DNA of 63,683 bases, filler included, from Octopus bimaculoides (GCF_001194135.2; 5 parts of 5 records of this genome joined end to end with filler, not necessarily neighbours in it), one strand, 5' to 3'. Counted from the first letter of the whole stretch, positions 1 to 11,299 are shown. Notes: generated from the letters alone by a model not told the origin. A program made the numbers and translations.

Positions 1-77
<77 letters not shown>

Positions 78-102
78 TTTCTTCCTTCCTTCCTTCCTTC
101 CT
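1..102. repeat. (CTTT)n grading into (CCTT)n microsatellite
   Basis: Directly visible tetranucleotide repeat. Confidence 0.98.
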
Positions 103-104
103 CG

Positions 105-451
105 AACCTTTTGTGCCAGCAGAAAAGTTAATCCATATGCAGTCTGGAGCATTTTATAAGTTTCTGTAGTGTTTTTACCCAGTTTAACACGAAACTTTAT
201 TGCATAGTGAGTTTCCAAATGGTATTCACGTCCCGACTGCATTTTGCAAACTAGTCTGCTGCAATAAGCAGTGTTTAGAAGGGTGTTTTCAAAGTGCTGT
301 TACAGCTGTCTCCTTTAATCTGGAATAATAAAAAAAAAGTTGCTAGATCAGCTTCTTAGATGTATAGTAATGATACACTAAATTTGCAACAATCTAGGAC
401 AGTTACAACTGCTTCTCCTAAAATGTCTTAAAACTTCTGGAATGCATCTCG

Positions 452-452
<1 letters not shown>
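105..452 (-). mobile_element. mariner transposon 5' remnant (TIR plus N-terminal HTH of transposase)
   Basis: Minus strand 206-133 translates YAIKFRVKLGKNTTETYKMLQTAYG, typical of a mariner N-terminus. 425-452 reads ACGAGATGCATTCCAGAAGTTTTAAGAC on minus, resembling a mariner TIR. Confidence 0.8.

Positions 453-453
<1 letters not shown>

Positions 454-505
<52 letters not shown>
454..505. repeat. (CT)n microsatellite
   Basis: Directly visible. Confidence 0.98.
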
Positions 506-506
<1 letters not shown>

Positions 507-509
<3 letters not shown>

Positions 510-552
510 AAGAGACCCAGAACGGGTCGAAACATGTGTCGTACTCAATAAA
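507..552 (+). ncRNA. 5'-truncated minimal hammerhead ribozyme-like motif (PLE type)
   Basis: TAGAAGA (degenerate CUGANGA), stem II GACCC/GGGTC, GAAAC, ATGT, GTC triplet, then AATAAA. The 5' strand of stem I is replaced by (CT)n. Confidence 0.55.
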
Positions 553-612
553 ATCTTTTACTCATTCCATCTATTTTATTAATACTGTTTACATACATAC
601 ATACATACATAT

Positions 613-760
613 AGGAAGAATTCACCCCCCCCCCAACAAAAGACGAAGACAAGTGGTGTAGAAAACAAACAAATGTATTAGTATAACGCTCGGGGATTGA
701 AAAAGTCTTTAACGTTTCGAGCCTACGCTCTTCCACAGAAAAGAACATGGATAGAAACAA
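613..760 (-). mobile_element. PLE-type terminal repeat fragment with HHR-like motif at 709-742
   Basis: Minus strand reads TTTT-CTGTGGA-A-GAGC gtag GCTC-GAAAC-GTT-AAAG, an HHR topology with one core substitution (A6U). Confidence 0.45.
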
Positions 761-777
761 GTAGAGAACATTCTAGT

Positions 778-1077
778 GAAGTTGAGCATCTTATCTGGCC
801 ACCACAATCACCAGATGTCAATATTATTGAACATTTATGGTGCATTTTAGAAAAACAAGTTAGGAGTCGATATCCTTCACCATCATCACTACAAGAACTG
901 GAGACTGTTTTAGCTGAAGAATGGACAAAAATTCTTTTGGAAACGATTCAAACTTTGTACGAAACCCTACCTTGTAGAATTCAAGGTGTAATTACTGACA
1001 AAGGCAGCCCTACCCCATATTAAAATAAAGTTGTTTGAAATTTTAAGGTGTTTCCATTATTTCGTCCAATTCCTGTA
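778..1077 (+). mobile_element. Tc1-family transposon 3' remnant (transposase C-terminus, right TIR, TA)
   Basis: WPPQSPDVNIIEHLW matches the Tc1 WPxQSPDLNPIE motif; stop at 1021-1023. TIR-like AGGTGTTTCCATTATTTCGTCCAATTCCTG (1046-1075) is followed by TA. Confidence 0.9.
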
Positions 1078-1789
1078 TATATATATATANNNNNNNNNNN
1101 NNNNNNNNNNNNNNNNNNNNNNNNNNNNNNNNNNNNNNNNNNNNNNNNNNNNNNNNNNNNNNNNNNNNNNNNNNNNNNNNNNNNNNNNNNNNNNNNNNNN
1201 NNNNNNNNNNNNNNNNNNNNNNNNNNNNNNNNNNNNNNNNNNNNNNNNNNNNNNNNNNNNNNNNNNNNNNNNNNNNNNNNNNNNNNNNNNNNNNNNNNNN
1301 NNNNNNNNNTATATATACATATACATACATACATACGCACACACATACTGGTTTACTTGTGCCATCAGAAATAGTATTCTAAAACGGTATTTTAAGAGAA
1401 AATAGGTTGAAACTGGTATTTTATAAAGTCATTGATATATCATACATTCCACATATTTGATATTTGATATATATAAGATTACATGATTTGTTTTTATTCA
1501 ACATACTTTGAAGAATTGGGTCCAAAGAGAATTATATAAGATGGAAAGTTTTATATAGATTATTTTAATCTTTTATTGATCTTAAATCAACAAAAACTAC
1601 TTTATTGAATTGTTGAAAGTTAACGAACTATTATTATATTAAATCATTGGTGCACTTACGTCATCAAAAAGTGCAACGATTAACACATACGTTAAAAGTT
1701 ATTCATATCTTCGACCAGTGTTAAAAAGTGCAGAAAAAGTTTGCGGAGTTTACTATCAGCAGCTTATTTGCTTAAGATCATATGTGAAT

Positions 1790-3043
1790 GATGTCGGTGG
1801 CATTGTTTTTGAGGATGAGGTCTCTGTGGCAAACTTTCTGGACGTTACCTTAGATTTAAACAGTAATACTCATTTCCCATTCCATAAGCCTTCAACTAGT
1901 CTCAAGTACATAAGCCCCTTTAGTAACCATCCAAGACATATAACCAGTAATTTGGTCAGGAACATCTCAATTAGGCTTTCCAAACTTTCTTCTAACTCCC
2001 AAATCTTCAGTAAGGAGGCTGACTTCTATAATTCAGCCTTATTAAGGGCTGGCTATAAGGAAAAGGTAGTGTACATTAACTCTTCTAGTGATCTTTCCCC
2101 TTCGACACAACATGATACCCCCTCTATTAGCGTAGATGAACCCATGTCTATTCCTTCCCATTCTTCTCGCTTTACTGAGAAAGTGGGTCATCCTCTTAAC
2201 TCTCATAAGAGAAGTGCCCCAACTGGCCCTAAATACTTTAATAAATTCAAAAATCCTTGCATGTTTAACCACTCTAATACTACATCTAGATCTGTTGATA
2301 ATAATAAGAATATCTGGCTCATCCTCCCGTTTGGGAAGCAGGTCAAATCAGATTTGGTCCGACAGTTCCGAGACGCGGTGAGTAGGAATTTCCCTAAAGG
2401 CTCCCACTATTACCCAATTATCAACTCGCATAAGGTTAGATTTGGGTTTTCGAACACCAAAAATTTGTTACAGATAATATCTTCCCACAATCTCAGGTTT
2501 TCGGATTCATCTATAGACGGCCATCCTAATCCTAATCATAATATTAGTAATGTTCAAACCTGTAGCAATAATAATTACTCCAACAATTTAACCCACACAA
2601 ATGATGGCATTAATCAGTTAGATATTGGTATAGGTAGTATGCCCAATATTGGGAATCACATAAATATTTGTAACAATAATAAGATTAGCAATAAGATTAG
2701 CATCTCGGAATTAAATCCTAATAGAACCAGGTTTTTGAGTGCGAATTCAAGGACCAAAAATGTAGTGTATCAATGCAAGGTAACTTCTAACACTGATGTC
2801 ACATACTATGTAGGTAGCTCATCGACACAGGTGTCCAAGAGAATCTCGAATCACTATTAGTCGTTTAGAGATAGAAATAAAGCTAGCACTACTGGCCTAA
2901 GTAAATTTATTTGGGAACTGAAGGATTGCAATAAGCAATTCTCTTTGGAATGGTCCATACTGGCCACCTCAGTTCCCTATGACAAGGGGAGGGAATTCTG
3001 CCCTCTTTGTAATTTGGAGCTTTTTTATATCCTGTTCTCCAAG
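1790..3043 (+). mobile_element. Penelope-like element: RT thumb plus C-terminal GIY-YIG endonuclease (tentatively Hydra clade), 5'-truncated
   Basis: NFLDVTLDL, FHKP, SNHP, IRLSKLSSN and ALLRAGY thumb motifs; VVYQCKV...YYVGSS endonuclease motif. After one TAG (2858-2860) the frame continues SFRD...LSKFIWELK...WSIL...CPLCNLE until the gap. Confidence 0.92.
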
Positions 3044-3567
3044 NNNNNNNNNNNNNNNNNNNNNNNNNNNNNNNNNNNNNNNNNNNNNNNNNNNNNNNNN
3101 NNNNNNNNNNNNNNNNNNNNNNNNNNNNNNNNNNNNNNNNNNNNNNNNNNNNNNNNNNNNNNNNNNNNNNNNNNNNNNNNNNNNNNNNNNNNNNNNNNNN
3201 NNNNNNNNNNNNNNNNNNNNNNNNNNNNNNNNNNNNNNNNNNNNNNNNNNNNNNNNNNNNNNNNNNNNNNNNNNNNNNNNNNNNNNNNNNNNNNNNNNNN
3301 NNNNNNNNNNNNNNNNNNNNNNNNNNNNNNNNNNNNNNNNNNNNNNNNNNNNNNNNNNNNNNNNNNNNNNNNNNNNNNNNNNNNNNNNNNNNNNNNNNNN
3401 NNNNNNNNNNNNNNNNNNNNNNNNNNNNNNNNNNNNNNNNNNNNNNNNNNNNNNNNNNNNNNNNNNNNNNNNNNNNNNNNNNNNNNNNNNNNNNNNNNNN
3501 NNNNNNNNNNNNNNNNNNNNNNNNNNNNNNNNNNNNNNNNNNNNNNNNNNNNNNNNNNNNNNNNNAT

Positions 3568-3909
3568 ATATATATATATATACAAGCGTGTATATATATA
3601 TATATACAAATGTGTGCGCGTGTGTGTATTTGCATGAGTGCATATGTAGGTGTGTGCGTGTGTGGGTGTTTGCATGTTTGTATATATACAGGAATGTATG
3701 TATATAAACAGGCAAGCAAGTATGGCGGTGCGTGTGTGTGCATATGTATATGTGAAGGTTTCGGTATGGGTGTGTGTGTGTATGTGTGTATGTGTATGAG
3801 TGTATGTGTGTGAATGGGTATGTATACATAAGCATATGTGTGTATGTATGTGTGTGCGCATGTACGAGCACGGGGCTTGTGTGTGTGTATGGGTGCATGG
3901 GCGTATGAG

Positions 3910-3949
<40 letters not shown>

Positions 3950-4205
3950 GGTATATACATACATACATGCATGTGTGTGTGTATGTGCATGTATACGTAT
4001 GTATGTGTGTGCGGTTGTGGGTATTTGCATGTTTGTATATATACAGGAATGTAAGAATATATACAGGCACGTATGTATAGGTGAGCGTGTGTGTGCATAT
4101 GTATATGTGAAGGTTTCTGTATTGGTGTGTGTGTGTGAATGTGTATGGGTATGTATACATGGGTGTATGTATATGTGTATGTGAATGTGCGTACACGCAC
4201 GTGTT
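3568..4205. repeat. Compound (TA)/(TG) low-complexity block with an internal ~355-bp-period duplication
   Basis: TTTGCATGTTTGTATATATACAGGAATGTA...GTGAAGGTTT occurs at about 3669 and about 4024. Confidence 0.85.
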
Positions 4206-4470
4206 TGTACATATGAGTGTGCACTATACTTATCTCCCCATATTTAAATAACTCTTTGGCTTCAAGCTTTAGCATCACGTCAAAGACACCCTCCCTTTAT
4301 ATTTCTATGTAAACTAGCGTTCTTATTCCTAAAGCCCATGGAATACTATCGTTGACCCCTTTAGATCTCTATGTAAACAAACCTTCTAACGGTCACTGAC
4401 CATGTAACATCTCAGCTCGTAAGTTACCTCATTATTTCGTTTTTGTCTTGCTATTACATGTCTTATTATG

Positions 4471-4577
4471 AATTCCCTGAAGAGAAATAAATGAGGAACC
4501 CCAACAGCTCTTTCTTCTTTGTGAAAGTTCTATCATTTATTTCGAAACAAGTATGTAGGAATTAAAGGAACTTTCAT
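4471..4577 (+). ncRNA. Type-I hammerhead ribozyme, complete core
   Basis: Stem I AATTCC/GGAATT (4471-4476, 4558-4563); CTGAAGA 4477-4483; stem II GAAATAAATGA/TCATTTATTTC, 11 bp perfect; GAAAC 4544-4548; short stem III; GTA triplet 4555-4557. Confidence 0.85.
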
Positions 4578-4989
4578 TGACATGCGTTTTGCTCCATTTA
4601 TTATTATCCATATCTTCTCAAAATGCATCACTTTAACTCGGTATATCAACCTGTAAAACGGCTGGGATATCTTGTTTCTTAGTGTTATTTTGCTACCCCT
4701 GGTAACTATTAATGTATTTAAATTACCGAAAGTTTTAATAACTGAGATAATATTAATATATACATAAACTATTATATATATATATATATATNNNNNNNNN
4801 NACGTAAATAATTTATATTATTATATTTAATAATAGATAAATTATTTACATGTTTGCATTAATGCAAAATGCAAAAAATTCTTTAAAATATTGCAAAATA
4901 TTTAAGCTACGTCCTCAGGTGAAAGAAGCATCACCAGAAGTTAAGTACTAAACTGACTTTTCTTAGAATATAATATTTCTTCTTAACGT

Positions 4990-5460
4990 TATTTTTGTAT
5001 GCGTTCGTCTATCGGAGATGTATTCTTAGTTCAGTTTGAATTTGTCCACTTTGGATTGCCTTGATAACATTGTGCTAGCATATATTTTTGAATATGTTAA
5101 TTAGACTGGTGTTTTATCCGTTTTTTCTCTATCTAAATAGGCTGGCACAATAGAAACAATTGTCGGTAATGTATGATGTAATCATCAATTAAAGATGTGA
5201 TTTTCTCCATTTTCTTGTTGTCTTATATTCCGAATTTCTTGAAATTCTTCTGAACGATATTTGAATTTACTTGTCATATATAACGGATTACCTTGGATGT
5301 GAATTCTACTTGAATTTATTGCTATCTCATTGTTTGATATAGCTAACCAAGTTTGTTTAACACCAAGTGCTTTCTAGATATCTGATTGGATTTATAAATT
5401 ATTTTACTTCTTAAGTACACAACAATGTTCAAAAACTTAATTTCTTCCTCATAATGTTTT
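4990..5460 (-). mobile_element. Possible heavily decayed PLE GIY-YIG C-terminus
   Basis: Frame mosaic NIVVY...SKFKYRSEE...HIFN**L...LC...EK...DKFKLN*. Only weak resemblance to the 2860-3043 region. Confidence 0.33.
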
Positions 5461-6379
5461 TCAGCGCGTGAAAGGAAATAAATTTTAAAAATTAAAATTT
5501 TTTTGTCATGAGATGTTTCCGTTCACTTTCGATACTTCAGCCTTAGATATGTGCATTGTTTATGCCTATATCTGTGTATGTGTGTGTATGCAGGTGTATG
5601 TTAGTGTGCACATATATGTGAATGAAACTAAATTTCCCTTTCCTACTCTACACACTATCAGCCACACACACACACAAACACACACTCCTTCCAATTCCGA
5701 CTTACTAGCATCCACTCTTCGCAACATTTACAAACTTTTGTCATCTCCATTTCACCAAACACTTCTATCCCGTATGACAGGATCCTCTTATTACATTCAC
5801 ACAGATGCGTCAGAGAGTCTCACACACATACACGTGCCTGTATACCCGTAATCACACGCACTAAGACATGAAATATACACATTAGCTTCAGGCGCACATA
5901 CTTAATTTGTCCAATAGCCTCAAACACACGAACCGACTGTAAACGGGCACGCACGCACGCATACACACACACATACACGCGCGCGCGCACACACACTCAC
6001 TCACACACACACACACACTAACACACACACACACACACACTCACACATAAATATACAGTATACCCGCACAAAACAGCATCNNNNNNNNNNNNNNNNNNNN
6101 NNNNNNNNNNNNNNNNNNNNNNNNNNNNNNNNNNNNNNNNNNNNNNNNNNNNNNNNNNNNNNNNNNNNNNNNNNNNNNNNNNNNNNNNNNNNNNNNNNNN
6201 NNNNNNNNNNNNNNNNNNNNNNNNNNNNNNNNNNNNNNNNNNNNNNNNNNNNNNNNTTTCACCAGATTATTTTTAAAAGATCTAATGCTGATAACAAATG
6301 TCATATTGACTTTATTCTAGAAATTAATAATAAAAGTTACAAGCATTTAAAATAATATAATTTTAGTCTATCGGCTGCT

Positions 6380-6540
6380 TCAATCATGTATTATTTTGAA
6401 CCTTCAAGATATCAAGATGTGATTGTTCATTTTTAGAATGACATTGTAGAATATGTATGTACTAAATTTGGCCAGTTTGAACATAAAGCAGGTAGAATAT
6501 TTGGGCCTGATATGGACAATTTAAATGTTAAATGGTTAAA
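6380..6540. mobile_element. Possible non-autonomous DNA transposon end (piggyBac-like, TTAA)
   Basis: Ends in AAATGTTAAATGG-TTAA, resembling a degenerate ...AAAGGG-TTAA terminus. Recognition only. Confidence 0.3.
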
Positions 6541-6553
6541 CTATACCGTAACG

Positions 6554-7196
6554 TCTAAAGAAAAGGACGACACATTGTGTCACAGTAACATTTATTTCAT
6601 CACTTGCGGTAAGCCTACTTATTGAGTGTTGTTAATTACATTTAAATTCAAGTCAATCTCCATGAAAGTAAAGTTTTATTGAACTCACGACCCTTCTAAC
6701 AGATCGATATTAACTGTACTTCCTCTTTTGTCATGGTAAAATTGTTTTGCTGTGTGGTAAGAAGCAAAATGGCTGAGAGAATAAGTACCAAGCTGAAAAA
6801 AGGACAAGTACTAAGTTCGATTAATTCGACAAAAAAATTCGTCAAGGCGGTGCACCAGCATGGCGGCAGACAAATGATTGAAACAAGTAAAAGGCAAAAG
6901 GTTTGGTGGAAGAGAAAGAACACCACCAATACCATCATTATCATTAGTAACAGCAGTATTAACGCTTCACTTCATACACTGTTTACAGTTTTGTTATAAG
7001 AAGAGAAATACATGACATATTGATCTGTAAGGTGCAGTAAATGTTTGAAGGGTCGTGAGTCCGACACATCCATGGAGATTGATTTTAATTTAAATGTTAC
7101 TAATAACACTCAACAAGTGGAAAGCACTGGAGCCTGCCTCAGGCGAGGAAATAAACGGCACTGTGGCACAATGTTTCATCCTCTTAGTATTTTAGA
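6554..7196. mobile_element. Foldback/MITE-like element with ~150-170-bp imperfect terminal inverted repeats
   Basis: 6554-6706 matches the reverse complement of 7022-7196 (CATTGTG.CACAGT, TTGAGTGTT, CATTTAAATT, TCAATCTCCATG, ACTCACGACCCTTC). Confidence 0.7.
6749..6900 (+). mobile_element. Internally deleted tRNA-derived SINE (family B)
   Basis: Head GCTGTGTGGTAAGAAGC is fused to the tail AAGGCGGTGCACCAGCATGGCGGCAG...GAAACAAGTAAAAG, matching the minus-strand copy at 49389-49732. Confidence 0.7.
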
Positions 7197-7375
7197 TACT
7201 ATACCATAGTTTAAGGAAGATTTGGTGGCTATTTCTAGCAGGCCGAGAGACCAAGTGAAGATTTCGTGTGTGCTGCTTCCAAAAAATAACGACTTCCGGT
7301 GTGTCTGGCAATTGAGGCTGTTGACTTACATTATTTTAAATGCTTGAAACTGTTTTTTATTAATTTCCAGAAAAA

Positions 7376-7595
7376 GGCGGCGGGCTGGCAGAATCGTCAG
7401 CACGTCGGGCAGAATGCTTAGCTGCATTTCGTCCGTCTTTACATTCTGAGTTCAAATTCCACCGAGGCCGACTTTACCATTCATCCTTTCGGGGTCGATA
7501 AATTAAGTAACAGTCAAGTACTGGGATCGATGTGATCGACTTATCCCCTCCCCACAAATTTCAGGCCTTGTACCTATAGCAGAAAGGATTATTAG
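7376..7595 (+). mobile_element. tRNA-derived SINE (family A), full length with TSD
   Basis: A-box-like GCTGGCAGAATCG, B-box GAGTTCAAATTCC, CATCCTTTCGGGGTCGATAAA core, ATT tail. TSD TTTCCAGAAAAA at 7364-7375 and 7596-7607. Confidence 0.92.
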
Positions 7596-7868
7596 TTTCC
7601 AGAAAAAAATCAATGTGATTTTAGTCAGCAGTATGAAAAAGTATACTATAACTACACGTTTTGGAAATAATCTGTTGAAATTTAAAAATAAACTTGAAGT
7701 GGTTTGAAGAGATTTAAAAAGATCCTCTCTTTGTGTGAGTGTGTAGGCAAATTAAAACTCAAACAAAAATAAAAACATAAAAATAACACAAACAACAAAA
7801 GTCAAAAAGATCTATCAGTGAATGTATTAGGTTGACATTCAGTTTAAGATGGAAAAAAGTGGGGGTGA

Positions 7869-7895
7869 AACGTTTGGAACATGGCTCTTCATCAC
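7869..7895 (-). ncRNA. Degenerate HHR-like motif upstream of and inverted to the PLE RT
   Basis: Minus strand GTGATGA-A-GAGC cat GTTC-CAAAC-GTT has the same layout as 709-742, with two core substitutions. Confidence 0.35.
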
Positions 7896-8069
7896 AAAGA
7901 GGAAAGAGTAAAGGTCCGAGGAGAACGGAAAAAATAGTCTGAGAAAGGAAGGGAGTGGAAATTTTCAAATCTGAAAATGTCTAATCTCATTCACATGCAC
8001 ACGCACACTAACGCAGATACACACACACACACATACGCTCACACATACACACACACCGACATGTTTCAG

Positions 8070-9240
8070 TAAAAATAGACGAAGGGCGATGGTCAGCTCT
8101 ATCATTAATAACGGATACATTATATTAACTGGGAATATTTTTAGACAAATTATGCAGATTCCGATGGGCGATAACTGTAGCCCTGTATTAGCGGATTTGT
8201 ATTTATATTCGTGCGTGTTCAACTTCCTTAATGATCGATACCGAAGGAAAAAGATTGGTTTGATTAAACAACTCAGTGGATGCTGCAGATATATCGATGA
8301 TATTTCTATCCCTAACTATATGTATTTTGAATATTTGCTGGGGAAAATATATCCGGGGGATCTCTAGGCAAATAGAAATGGTGACTCAGTAAAAGAGATT
8401 AACTGTTATCTGGATGTGAGAATAGTTAGTGTAGATGATAACACCGAGACAAGTATTTATAATTAGAGGGGTAGTTCCATCGTTGCTTTGGGCGAAAAGC
8501 AGAATTCTTCTTTGGATGGGTTTAAAAGGTTTTTCCCAGTCAAGTCATTAGATATGGTAGAATTGTAAATAAAATTGGAATGTTTATGGTTAGGGTTAGT
8601 ATGTTAAAGGCGTGTAGCATGGTCATGAAGAAAAACTTGTTGTTAGTTTATATACATCGTTCATTGCTACATTAATATAGAAAGTGTTCATGCAATATAA
8701 GAAGAGTAAATTTTATACGAAACGACGTATTTTACAGGTGTAAGAAATCTTCACCAGAAATTCACAATTAGGCTGGTTCTACACATCAATGCATATTCTT
8801 GTTGCCGTGTTGCTGCTGGTACGCTTCTTCATCTATCACACCGGGTTGAGTATGAAGCTGTAATAAAAGCTAATAGTGAGAGAGAACTCCATTAAGGACA
8901 GAATTCACTCTGTGTTCAAATTCTCTCTGGCTCTTTCGCGCTAAAACCAGTCGTATTTGAAGCCTCTGTTCATAGAAGGCTCTTGCCATTTTCGTCAGAT
9001 TATCATGTGAACAAAGAGAGCACTGACTGGACTGAAATGGTGTCTGCACACATGGTAAACTCGTGATTTATATATGGGTAAACTCGGAATCTAATTCAAA
9101 TGTTATAGGCGCATATGGGAAAACAATGTTACTATAGTAAAAGGGTGGTTAAATGTTTTAACCGTTGTTTAGATAAATACAGTGAGGTTTTGAGAAGGTA
9201 TGGAATAACTTTGAGTTTACATTTGAGCCTGAAATGGTAA
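8070..9240 (+). mobile_element. Penelope-like element RT remnant, ORF ending after the thumb (tentatively Naiad type)
   Basis: IFRQ..QIPMGDNCSPVLADLYLY, RYIDD, IYPGDL, YLD, SQVIRYGRI, and after a ~430-bp interruption KQCYYSKRVVKCFNRCLDKYSEVLRRYG then stop. No GIY-YIG follows. Confidence 0.85.
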
Positions 9241-10441
9241 GTGATGTTAGTTTCACTGTTTTTAAATTTGTTCTTTATTTGGAGAGTGGAGGCATTTGTC
9301 ATTCACTTCCGCTGGGTAGTTGCCATTCGCTATGGTGTACAACATCACCTCCGTTGGGTAGTTAGGATTGTTCCGCTTGTGACAGATATCAATCTTGCAA
9401 TGTTTGACTACGTAGTGTTAAGACGTGAATATGGCTTCTGATAATTTTTCTGCAATACGTGGGTGTCTCGCTCTCGGTAGCTTTATTTCGATAGTAATTT
9501 TGTTATAGAAGTATTTACTGTTTATAGTTTGTAAGTGTACACACAGGCGTATATCTAAACTATATATACATATATATATATATATATANNNNNNNNNNNN
9601 NNNNNNNNNNNNNNNNNNNNNNNNNNNNNNNNNNNNNNNNNNNNNNNNNNNNNNNNNNNNNNNNNNNNNNNNNNNNNNNNNNNNNNNNNNNNNNNNNNNN
9701 NNNNNNNNNNNNNNNNNNNNNNNNNNNNNNNNNNNNNNNNNNNNNNNNNNNNNNNNNNNNNNNNNNNNNNNNNNNNNNNNNNNNNNNNNNNNNNNNNNNN
9801 NNNNNNNNNNNNNNNNNNNNNNNNNNNNNNNNNNNNNNNNNNNNNNNNNNNNNNNNNNNNNNNNNNNNNNNNNNNNNNNNNNNNNNNNNNNNNNNNNNNN
9901 NNNNNNNNNNNNNNNNNNNNNNNNNNNNNNNNNNNNNNNNNNNNNNNNNNNNNNNNNNNNNNNNNNNNNNNNNNNNNNNNNNNNNNNNNNNNNNNNNNNN
10001 NNNNNNNNNNNNNNNNNNNNNNNNNNNNNNNNNNNNNNNNNNNNNNNNNNNNNNNNNNNNNNNNNNNNNNNNNNNNNNNNNNNNNNNNNNNNNNNNNNNN
10101 NNNNNNNNNNNNNNNNNNNNNNNNNNNNNNNNNNNNNNNNNNNNNNNNNNNNNNNNNNNNNNNNNNNNNNNNNNNNNNNNNNNNNNNNNNNNNNNNNNNN
10201 NNNNNNNNNNNNNNNNNNNNNNNNNNNNNNNNNNNNNNNNNNNNNNNNNNNNNNNNNNNNNNNNNNNNNNNNNNNNNNNNNNNNNNNNNNNNNNNNNNNN
10301 NNNNNNNNNNNNNNNNNNNNNNNNNNNNNNNNNNNNNNNNNNNNNNNNNNNNNNNNNNNNNNNNNNNNNNNNNNNNNNNNNNNNNNNNNNNNNNNNNNNN
10401 NNNNNNNNNNNNNNNNNNNNNNNNNNNNNNNNNNNNNNNNN

Positions 10442-11290
10442 NGTTTGTCAGACTCACTTTTCCACAACTTGTCCATTTGACTGAGCTGCAGTCCTGGATC
10501 AAAGGTAGACCGAGGCAGGGCGCCTGGCACGTAGGGTGTCGTCAGGCACTCACAATCCTCTGTTAGTCTGGCAATGCGGTCGGTGGAAGTTCCACTTTGG
10601 CTTTCTATAGAGGGCTTGTGGCTGGCAAGCGCGATGACGTTCTCGGGGAGACTCTGGGCATTGACGAGAATCAACTGGATGGTATGTTCCGGAGGGCTAT
10701 CGGGCCGGGGCCTATGGACAATTTCCAGAAATCCGTGCGCTGTCAGTGCTACCGAGAGCATTGCCGGTTCGGGATAAACTCTACAAGCATGGAAGTATCG
10801 TCAGCCGAGCTTGCTAGATATATGCGCAGAGTGACGAAACTGTTCTGCATACTCTAGTCTGGTGCCCGAGTATTGCTGACTTTTGGGTTTATGTTGAACA
10901 CCTGCTGTCACGTGCTGGGGTATTCGGCTATCGGCTGAGTCCTTTGTGAAGATCATCCCGCCGCCTTCCTTTGGCCGGGAAGGACAGGCAGTATTTCTTT
11001 TCCTGGCAGCCTTAGCGAAAGAGGTTGCATGGTTGGTTAGATTAAAAGGGCTGAAGACAGATACTTTCCTCTTTGACTGATCCTTCATCATCTTTTTTAA
11101 GTTGCACTTGAAAAGAAAACTGAAGGTAGAGAAGGAAGTGCTGCCTCCCAGCAATTTTGTTGAAAGGTGGGTGAATGTTGCAGGAATGTTCCGTGCGAAC
11201 GGGCCTAATCTAAGCATGTAGGTTGAATGAGGACGATGTGGTGCGGGCAGTTGCCCTGTGGTGAGCTATCGATTCTATTCTAATCACTCT
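10442..11290 (+). mobile_element. L1/Tx1-like LINE, ORF2 C-terminal part with CCHC knuckle and start of 3' UTR
   Basis: LPVRDKLYKHG...C*IC...DETVLHTLVWC, LAKEVAWLVRLKGLKT and FVERWVNVA, with stops and frameshifts. Confidence 0.85.
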
Positions 11291-11299
11291 CTTCAGAGC

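Noticed and set aside
8089-8466. Selenocysteine read-through in the Naiad-like RT
   Set aside because: The in-frame stops seen (8365-8367 and 8464-8466) are TAG, not TGA at Cys positions.
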